64,000 nucleotides of DNA, taken from assembly GCA_002189035.1 (NCBI GenBank), contig NEEC01000026.1:496001-560000 (forward strand), written 5' to 3'. Both the position numbers and the translations under genes were made by a program. Numbering within the stretch: the stretch's first letter is position 1; every line of letters starts with the position of its first letter. The stretch comes from Utricularia gibba (taxonomy: Eukaryota; Plantae; Magnoliophyta). Below the pieces are notes generated by a model, which saw only the letters and a list, made by a program, of their open reading frames with translations, did no database searches and was not told where the DNA came from. Shown here one piece after another: positions 54,728 to 64,000 of the stretch.

Positions 54728-54924
54728 ATTTATCGACATTGACCTTTCCAAGGTAAGTCGATGGATCAAAAATATCACTATATCGATTTCTGGCTTGCCG
54801 CTTTTCATGGGTTAATCTCTAGCCGATTTGTGTGCCACACATTGTCTCCCATGCATGCCACGTCTTTTCCCGCTCATTTTGGGCATCTCGAGCGTTGCGT
54901 CGTTTTGCCTCCCGAGTACTTTCT

Positions 54925-54932
54925 CTATAAAT
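54925..54932 (+). promoter_or_regulatory. TATA box of the antisense gene
   Basis: CTATAAAT, at an equivalent position to CTATAAATA (26900) in the sister copy. Confidence 0.55.
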
Positions 54933-54969
54933 GTGCGCCTTTCCCGTCACTTCTCTCCTTTGCTTCCTT

Positions 54970-56288
54970 TGTTAAGTGTCATTTTCTTATTATTTCTTAG
55001 GTTGTTTTCATGTTTAAATGTGATTAGAAGTGTCTAATTAGGAGTCTATAATGTGAGATTTGGGTTTTTATCTAGTTTAGAGTAATTATCCTAAATCTTG
55101 TATTTTATCTATTAATTTTACTAGTTTTAATTGAGTTTTTCTAGAGGCGCACACGTGACAGGAAGTGAGAGAAAGAGGGCATCAGATGGCGACAAATTGG
55201 ATCTTCCCGAGCTGACATTCCCTTGATTTCCGGAAGACTGCAGACGCCTAATCATGAGCCTTGACGTGCAGAACACGGGAGTCTCTGACAGGCGGCATCA
55301 TTAGCAGCGTTAGACGTTGCTTGCAAGTCATCCCAAGTTCAGCAGAATCATAGGGACACGAAAGCTCAGACTCTCAATGAAATTCAGTTCTGTTCAGACA
55401 AGTTTAGTTTATTTTCAGTTTAATTTTTTTCCTTTTGTTTCTCTCTCTAGAGGAATTTTCCTCTAGCTTCTCTCTAGAACCTTGTTTCGTTTTCTTTAGT
55501 TTGTATGGCCGTTCGTGGCTAGAAACTTCTGTTTCTGGGTTGGAACACCACTAGATCTATGTTTCGTTAGCTTATCGTCACATTTTCTCTGAATCCGAAC
55601 GGGTTTCGTATGTCTTCGCGCGACTATGTTGCAGTCTTTCTGTAACAGTCCCCTTGTTCAAGGTTCATGGTTAGCTAATCACTACCCGCGGATTTTGGAG
55701 AGGAGCAAGGTGGAAAGCACCAACTCGAGCCCTTTTGGCAAGAGGAAGACAACGTTTTGAGTGTGGCCGTACTTCAGAATCAATGGACAGGTAGTGACCT
55801 CGTATCTAGACTCATTGGGTCATTGGCAAGACTTGGGCACACGCGCGCAATTCGGCCGTGAGGGTACGCTGGCAGGACCTCTTATTCTCACGTTCGTCCA
55901 AGGAGGAGCAACATCGGGCTATTCCCGTGCCTTCTTGCAAGAGAGTGTAAGGGAGGGTAGACAATTTCTTACTCCTATAATCGAGTACTCGAGAGGACTA
56001 GAGAAGAGTGAAGACGCAACGAACATAGCTGGACAGGATTCCAAACCCCGGAACATTTACTTTATTTAAGGTTCATCGCTTACGTTCATTTTAGTTGTTT
56101 GCTCAAAACCCCTCTCATTCCCTTACTCAAGCTTCATCATCAACGTTTTTCGCACCTTTTACCTTCAAAACCGTTTACAAATCGTGACAGTTGTATTCGG
56201 GGTGCCTCACCTTTCACTCAAAAACAACTCCCTGTGTTCGATACTCAATTCCTGATATTCAATTTTGTTGTGGAAATGACACGCATCA
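54970..56288 (+). mobile_element. Family B LTR without TSD, replacing the 5' UTR and start codon of the antisense gene
   Basis: TGTTAAGTGTC...ACACGCATCA. Flanks TCCTT/ACGGT do not match. Confidence 0.9.
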
Positions 56289-58452
56289 ACGGTCTAGTGA
56301 GATTGATATCCCCTCTCTCCGCATCCGATACTCAATTCCTGACGAGTATATTGTCTCCCATGCACGGGATACCAAAATCCCTTGGGGGTTAGGTGAGAGC
56401 CCGCTTCTTCCCTTCAGCTTACCGATTCCCATAGCTTATTTTGAAAGCGGTTTACGGTTTCCTCTTCATCCCCTGATCGTCCAATTCCTATATACCATTA
56501 CCGTATCGCTTTATTGCCTCGCCCCTAATTCCATCTTTTGCTTCGCTACATTTTTAGTCTATTCGGCTGGTATGGATCCGGCTATGACTTTAGAGGATTA
56601 CCTCCACCTTTTCAAAATTCCTGTGCGAAAAGTGAAATCCCCCATGGATGGTCGTTCTCATTTCCAGTTCCGCCGATTCGAAGATAACCCTCACTTCATT
56701 GTGAAAGCTCCCGACACCCATCATGATTGGTGGTCCTCCTTTGTCTGGGTGATGCCTCCCTTAGGTTTTTGGTGGAACTTTCCGATTAATCCCCCTAGTC
56801 CCTTCAGAGTGAAACTCTCTGATGTGTATCGATCCTCATCCAAATTTAGAGAGGCTTTGTACGAAAGGCTGAGTCGAGGCTCCTTTTGATTCGAAACTTG
56901 GGCCCTCATGTTTTCGGGTGAATCGATGAAGAAGTCCGGCATTATCGGTCGTTCTCGTGACCCCCATTGGCCAGATATCGTGCCCTCCGAGAGCACTGGT
57001 TTGCCAACTCCTCCTTTTGGCCCTTCTTCGAGTCCCCGACTCATCCCGGTTTCCTCCCCGAATACCCAAAGTGCTCAACCCGTGGCCCCCAAGAAAAAGA
57101 AAAGGGTTAAGGCAATCGTCCATAAACCTTCGAAAAAGCAAGGAGGTAGTTAGGTATTATTTTTCCAACTTTCACATCCGGCTCGATGCCTTACTGCTTT
57201 CCCGATTTTTGTCTTGGAGAATTCGGTGATGGCTCGCTTTTCTGCCGAAATGCAGACGATGCAGGAATTGGAAGCGGTTCCTCCCGTATGGGCTTATCTT
57301 TCACCTATCGGCCACTGCGGGTATTCGACTTTGATTTTTTCCAATTTCCCTTTAAGGTTGATCTGCCTGAGGTCTCTCCGAACACCAGCGATCGCCCTAC
57401 TGAGGAGGATCAAATAACGGGACTCTCCGGGGCTCAGGATCCAACTCTCTCTCCTTCGATCGGAAAGGGAAAAGAAAAGATACCCCCTTCGCCCGATTTC
57501 ACCGAAGCACCGGCTCACGACATAGGGCTCCCTTCGCAGGTGCCTCCACATCGGTTCCCACAATGGAGCATAGGGGGACCCTGCTCCAATAGAGGTAGAA
57601 GACGATCCAGTGCTTCCACCGTCTTCGGTACCGGCCGAATGTTGGATGAAGCCGTGTCGAGTCTTCCGGATGTTCACCCGGAAATAATACTCAAGGGGAT
57701 TTGGTAGGTACTGATCCTTTACCTTCTTAGCATCGTTCATAACACCTTTCCAACTTAGCAGTTTTTTGTTAGGCCTTGACTTTTGGATGGGGATTGGCCA
57801 AGAAAGTCGAGTCTCAACCTGGGGAGGTTGTTCGGCTTCAAAAGCAGGTAGAGGCTCAAGATGCCAAGATCAAGTTTATGGCCGAGGAAGGGAGTTCTCT
57901 GTGGAGTATCTTGGGAAAGCGTGACCGCCAGGAGGAAGAGTTACGGAATGTGATTGACTACGCCCAATCTGAGAGGGAAGGCTTCAAGGTTAGACTCGAA
58001 GAGACAGAAGTCGAATTAAACGAGGCCAGAGATCGCATCGCGACTTTGGTGGCCGACTTATTAAATCGGGAGGCATCTCGGCAAAACCTTCTGGATGATT
58101 TCGTCAACTCAGCATGCTTTTCGTAGTTTTCCGATATCTACGCGAGGGACCTGATCGGTTTGCTCCTCTATCGGCAAAAGCGTAAAATCAGCCGAGAATT
58201 TGGGCTACGATCATAGACCCGCGTTTTGACAGGGTCGATCCCTTGAGGAAAGACGAGAACATGCAAGATGTTATCGCCGATGTGTACCCAGCTCCTGAAT
58301 TTGGATCCGAAGCAGAGCGGGAACGACTGATAGCACTCATCCAGGCGAGAATCGGACGAGAGAACGAGGCCAAGCTACGAGCGAGGCTTCGGGGGCAAAT
58401 TGGCCCCTCGGTCGGTTCTAACAACGATCCTTCTCCTCCGCCTGAAATTTAA
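56289..58452 (+). pseudogene. Tat antisense gene: Transposase_28 domain, disordered linker and coiled coil; spliced
   Basis: YSIPDEY...YFESGLRFPLHPLIVQFL...LAPNSI. In-frame TGA at 56887. Candidate introns 57146-57219, ~57321-57356 and 57704/57708-57772. Coiled coil VVRLQKQVEAQ...LEETEVELNEARDRIATL; stop at 58450-58452. Confidence 0.8.
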
Positions 58453-59599
58453 TTTCTTTATCTTGTATTTTGCTGAACTAATGTCTTTGTCCCCGGTTCC
58501 GGGGTTTTTGAATATTTGGGATCCCGGTTTGGGATTCTTCTTTCTGATCTACTTTACTCCAGTTTCCTTTACTGATATTTACGAGTTGCATGAATCGCCA
58601 ACTCTCGGTCCGGGCTTTTCACTCGAGCACCCCTTATAATCGTGTGATTGTCGCTGAAGGCATAACTCGGGACCTTCCATGGCTTGAGTTATCTTCTTAA
58701 TCCAAAAAAGGCACTTTTGGGAAAGTCCCATGCCTTCGAGGTATTTGCGTATCTTCTTTGAGTACGATTACCACATGGGGGTTTGAGAACACGGGTTTTG
58801 TATGGAGCTTTTTCGGGGGTTTTCCGGCACCTGTGTGAGCAGTTCGAAGAGACCGGTGTCCGAGTTATATTAGGGTTTACCCTTATTATTGGAGCTTATG
58901 CTTGAGAGATCACATGTTTTAGGAGTGCTCATAACGAGGCTTAGATTTGGGGGATTCGCCAAGGCTTTTGTGACCCGGGAAAGGGGTGTCTTTTCGCCAA
59001 CCCTTTGGTTGGGCTTTTTATTTTGTTCTGCCTTAGTATTTTCTTAAACGAGCTGAACCGCTGCTAGGGAAGTACACCAAGACCCTCGGGTTGGGTGACT
59101 TCCCCAATCCGATTGGGCTCTCTTCTGGCCGAAATCCCATTGTGTTGAACATGGGCGGTGGGTGCCCTTGCCGACTTGAGATTCGGCAGTAAGGTTTGAA
59201 CTTAAGGGCTTTTTCGGGACTTACGCGGACGATTTTAAGAAACCGGCGCCCGAGTGGTATCAGGGCTTATCCTTATCACTAGCGCCTGGGTTTAGAATGC
59301 TGTAGGTATATGACGGAGGTGAATATGTCGGCCTATTCGGTGATATTCCCCTTGAATGACAAGGATCCCCGATTTTGATCTATTGTGCCCAGTAGAGGGG
59401 GGCATTGATTTATGAGGTTTTCTTGGGCGTATATGACATGGCCAGGGCTTACGGTTTTAGAATGGAGGGGCTTGCCTGGTCTTATTTGACTCGGCCAAGA
59501 CTTGTAAAGTTTTTAACTCGTCTCCGCTTTGGAGGAATTGCTTTCCGCTTGCATACTTTGACCAAGAGGGTACCGAATTTAGCAAGAACCTGCGATAAG

Positions 59600-60110
59600 G
59601 ATTGGTATTGAACCGGTTGAGCGTAGAATCTCCTCATATGGGACGCATTCCATAATCTCAAAAACTCCACGCCATCTAATCATTCTAGACGATAAGCCCC
59701 CTTTTTCGATTACGCTCAAAATCCGATAAGGGGCCTCTCCAACTGCGATCTAGTTTGCCTACATGCCTTTGTGGCTGGATGTTTCGGAGCACCAGATCTC
59801 CTTCCGAGAATTCCCTTGAGGATACCGACTTGTCGTAACTCTTTTCTATTCTTTCCGGATGAGCCCCTAGTCAGCCATGAATATTCTGCCGTTTTTCTTC
59901 CAGTAATTCCAACTCCTGTTTTCGTAACAGAGCGTTATCCTCCTTGTTGCAGTGTTCCACCCCAATCCAACAGGACTGCCCACGACCCTCCGAAACCTTT
60001 GAGTTTGGCTTTCATTCATTCTCTGATGTTTATTCAAGAGGGCATCCATTCTCCCTGTCCATTCCTGGCTCCTGAATGATTTGGTTTCTATGTCCGGGGA
60101 ATATTCTGGA
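59600..60110 (-). pseudogene. Tat integrase remnant (end of core and C-terminus)
   Basis: ARNGQGE, MKAKLKGFGGSW, ELELLEEKR, YDKSVSSREFSEGDLVLR...GKLDRSWRGP, GAYRLE...WNASHMRRFY. Confidence 0.85.
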
Positions 60111-60376
60111 ATCAAGGGTTGCTTTTTCACTTGTCGTACAGTTTCCGGTGTCCCCTCCTATGCTTTGAAGTTCAGGCCCGAGGGTGCCCTAAAGTCGGGG
60201 AGGATTTCCGTCACCAGGGGGGACCTCTAACTGCTCCCTGCTGTTGGCCATAAGACTGGGGTTTTGCATGCCGGTGCTCCCTTCGTGGACAGAATTCGCG
60301 GCCGTTTCATTTCCTCCCGTGGTTGATGTTTGGTGAGCGACCTCTATGGATTTCTCGAGTGGGACTGTGGAACGTG

Positions 60377-60394
60377 GCCCCATGGTGGGCGCCA
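60377..60394 (-). other. Primer-binding site, tRNA-Lys(CUU) type
   Basis: TGGCGCCCACCATGGGGC lies 4 nt after the LTR end; 1 mismatch to the complement of the plant tRNA-Lys(CUU) 3' end. Confidence 0.85.
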
Positions 60395-60701
60395 AAAATG
60401 TTAAGGGCGAAAATCGGTATACCGGATTGGAAACCACCGTGAGGCGGAAAAACCACGGAGCTGTCGGAGCTCGCCGGAGAAAATGTTTACTAAACGAAGA
60501 TGATGGAGAAAGGTACATATTGGGAGGCTTGGGATCGAATGCCTTTTCCCGTGATTCGGCTACTTTTGTGCCTGCTATGCGACCCTGCTTTTCATACATC
60601 AGCCGCCTGTTCCACCGTGCTTCGGTTGCTTTTCAGATTGTGTCAGACGGCCATCGCTGTCAAATTTCTGACACATATCGGCCTGCTGGCTGGCGTTATT
60701 C

Positions 60702-63700
60702 TGTAAGTTGTTTACTTGTTCACTTCAGAAGGGAGCCAAGATCTGGTTCAAACCGTTAGAGCAATGCAGCGTGGGATCCTATCGGGAGTTGGTGCTACTC
60801 TTCACCACTCAATATGCTGTTAATATCAAAGCCCCACCCTCAAAGGCAGCGTTGTATTCCATTCGGTACGACCACAGAAGAGAAAGCTTAAGGAAATTCA
60901 TTGACCGATTCAACTGTCTGGCACATACGTCCAGCTGGATTTGAAGGAAAGGGTAGAAATAATGAAGCGGGCCTTGGGAACATCAAAGCTGGGTCAAAGT
61001 CTATCTAAATCGCCACCGAAGAATCTCGGAGAATTGTTACGGAAAATCATGAAGTACATCCAAGTTGTCGACGATCTCAGAGCCGAGATGAAAAGCTGCA
61101 TAGAGATCCGCCCGGCCTCACACCAAGAAGTGCAACCTATCTGGCCCCTCGACCGAATAAACGCCGTGAAGTATATCAGGTGGAACCAACCAGAACCAAG
61201 GCCTATTGCGAAATAAATAAAACCATGGGACACGACACCATCAACTGCTGAATAATGAAGAGGATGATCAAGCAATATCATACTGGTGGCGGAATGAGCA
61301 ACGCAATATGGAATCCCACACAGACGACGGAACGAAAAAGGGGACATAGCGGACAGACGGGAAGCGAGGGCAGTCGATACTCGAAGTTCCCCCCGAAACC
61401 AACAGGAGGAATCCGGCGAGCTAGTGAAGTCTCAAACCATGAAGGGGACCAAGATTGACCGGAAAGTTCAAGAGAGGCGAACCGAGAGCAAGGATATGCG
61501 GGAGCACCAAGGTGACGAGGATCCTCATCGATCAGGGGTCTTCCTGCAACATTATGAAAAGGGAAGTTGCCGAGCTACTGGCGTCCTCTAAAGAGGGGAT
61601 ATCCGCCTGGTCCGTATGGAGTTATACGCATTCGATCAACGGGCTATGCAAACTGTTGGGAAAATAAGCCTACCCGTGATGTTCGGTGCGGCAGGGCGAA
61701 GCCGAACCGAATGATTAGAATTCCTTATCCTAGATTCGGAAGTCTTGTATAACGTGATCCTCGACCGACCCGACATCAACCAATTCGGTGTGCTACCCTC
61801 AACAGTGCACTTGAAAGTGAAATTCCCAACATCTAGGGGAATCTACATGCTAGATATCGACCAATCAGCCGCTTAGTCTTGTTATGTGTTCTCTTGCTGC
61901 GACCCCTGCACAAAGAAACCAAGAGTAATGGTGGTGGAGAAGGAACCCCGGGAACCTCCCAGGCGAGCCATGGAACCAGTGGGGTATAAATCCTTGCAGC
62001 TCATACCGGGAGATACACATAAGGCGACCTGCATTGGCACCAACTTGAACGCCGAGTTTGAAAAAAGGTTAGGGGAAACCCTAAGGAATAATGCCGATAT
62101 TTTCGCCTAGACTGCTGCAGATTTTGTAGGAATCGATCGATCTGTCGATGAGCATCACATCGATACCTATTCGGGGGCAAAGCCGATTCGGCAAAAGCAG
62201 CGGCACTTCTCTGAAGAAAAATGCCGAATCATCAAGGAGAAAACAAAAGAGCTTCTGGAAGCCGGTTACGTGAGGGAAATCCAATACTCGGAATGGGTAG
62301 CCAACCCGATCGTGGTCCCCAAACCCAGGGGAAAATGGAGAATGTGTGTCGATTTCACCGATCTCAACGCTTGTTGCGAAAGGGATTCCTATCCCTTACC
62401 AAAGATAGACAAGTTGGTGGACGCCATTGCCAGGTCCCGTTTCCTGAGCACCATGGATGCCTACTCTGGGTATCACCAAATTTTCATCGCGGAAAAGGAC
62501 CATCCAAAAACAACCTTCTACACCAAAGACGGGGTTTACTGATGGGGTGACCTATCAGAGATTGGTAAACAAAATCTTTTCCTCCGAGATCGGAACTTCA
62601 ATGGAGGTGTATGTGTACGATATGATCGTTAAGTCAATGAATGAAGAGGATCATTTGGCATATTTGACCTCCTGTTTTTCCTTGTGTCAGTCATACGGAT
62701 TAAACCTCAACTCATTGAAATGTTGCTTCGGAGTGCAAAGTGGAAAATCCCTTGGACACTAGAGGGATCGAAGCTGACCTCGAGAAGATTAAGGCGATAT
62801 GTGAAATGCAACCCGCATGGAACATAAAGGAATACCAAAGCCTTACGGGTAAACTGGCAGCCCTCAGCCGTTTCATATCGCGGTCAGCCGACAAGTCGCG
62901 TCTTTCTTCAAGGCATTGAGAAAGGGAAATGCATTAGAATGGAACAAAGACTGTCAAGTCGCTTTCGAGAAGCTCAAAGAATATCTCTTCTTGCCTCCGC
63001 TTCTAGTTGCCCTGAGGGAAGGGGAGCCCCTAGGGCTCTACCTGTCAATATCCCCCGTTGCGGTAAGTGCAGTTCTGACAACTATCTCGGGAGATAAACA
63101 CTTGCCAGTGTATTATGTGAGCAAGGTCTTGCTGCCAGCTGAAACTTGATACGCAGTGATAGAGAAGTTCATCTTGGCTCTAAAAATAGCGGCCACCAAG
63201 CTCCGATCATATTTCCAGGATCAACACATCGTGGTATTCACTAATCAGCCCCTGAAGAGTATCCTATCTTGACCAGAGATTTCTGGGGGGTCGCAAAATG
63301 GGCGGTCGAATTGAGCACGATGGATATCGAGTTTAAATCGAGAACATCAATCAAGGCCCAACCACTTGCCGACTTCGTGGTCGAAATGACCCGGCCTATT
63401 GACCATGTATGTTGACGGTTCAACATGCAATGGGGCTGGAGGAGGCATAGACATATGGACTCTGGATGGGAACACATTTATATCATGGTAAAATTCTTGT
63501 TCCCCGCCTCCAACAACGTGGCCGAATATGAAGCCCTGGTAGAAGGAATGAAAATTTCCAGGGAGCTCGAAGTCGCGGAACTTTCAAGGAGTTCACCTAA
63601 TCCCATGTTGCGCAAGAAGAAAACGGACCCGTGGATAGTCTCTCCAAGTTCGCCGCAGGGTTTGACAGTCTGGTTGCAGGGTTCACCGTCAGTAACCTTG

Positions 63701-64000
63701 CGGGCAGTGAATCACATTACTCAGCAACCAGGGAACGACATCTCATCGCAACTGAACCTTTTCGAGGATTGGACATTACCCTATATTCGATACCTTCAAA
63801 GAGGAGAAACACCACCCAAAAAATCGGAAGCCAGACGGTTGGAGGCCAGAGCGAAGAGATATACGCTGGTGAACGGGAATCTTTATCGCAGATCCCTTGA
63901 CGGACCCCTATTGAAGTGTATAGGGAAGGAGCACTCTCAAGAGCTTATAACTGACTTGCATGTGGGAGAGTGTGGCGCTCATGTTGGCGTGCGATCCTTA
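60702..64000 (+). pseudogene. Host Tat gag-pol (gag, PR, RT, RNase H, archaeal-type RNase H, start of integrase), disabled
   Basis: Gag ESLRKFIDRFN; protease ILIDQGSS; RT EWVANPIVV, WRMCVDFTDLN, MDAYSGYHQI, YVYDMIVKS; RH LPVYYVSKVL; aRH YVDGS...NNVAEYEALV; integrase start LHVGECGAH. Several stops and frameshifts. Confidence 0.95.

Larger units (their letters stand above)
54199..60704 (-). mobile_element. Internally deleted Tat retrotransposon nested in host gag
   Basis: Truncated 5' LTR 60399-60704; tRNA-Lys(CUU)-type PBS; integrase remnant ~59600-60110; antisense gene 56289-58452; PPT 54715-54727; 3' LTR 54199-54714. Confidence 0.85.

Noticed and set aside
59254-59267. TGGTATCAGGGC resembling a tRNA-Met PBS
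   Set aside because: It is not preceded by an LTR end (CA), and a degenerate sister repeat at ~58860 lacks it; most likely chance.
1-64000. tRNA/rRNA genes, organellar insertions or endogenous caulimovirus/geminivirus sequence
   Set aside because: None recognised. The RT motifs and aRH domain are Tat-type, and the tRNA-like matches are PBSs only.

Overview
AT-rich flowering-plant nuclear DNA with three recognisable multi-exon genes among decayed transposable elements. The genes are ABC1K9/At5g05200-like kinase (minus, 11 exons, intact), MED31 (minus, apparent 1-bp frameshift in exon 4) and MUTYH adenine glycosylase (plus, 7 exons, intact). ABC1K9 and MUTYH both need a GC-AG first intron. The TE content includes at least 6 solo LTRs with recognisable 5-bp TSDs from 4 LTR families, a deleted Athila-like element, hAT and PIF/Harbinger transposase remnants, a fragmented purple acid phosphatase copy, and a Tat-lineage (archaeal-type RNase H) Gypsy nest at 54-64 kb. 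The most interesting structure is a minus-strand Tat derivative inserted into the gag of another Tat element. It has lost gag/PR/RT/RH but keeps a full antisense, TATA-driven, apparently 3-intron gene (Transposase_28 domain, disordered linker, coiled coil), and its intron positions match those of a diverged sister copy at 25-27.6 kb. All family and domain names come from motif recognition by eye, not from database searches.
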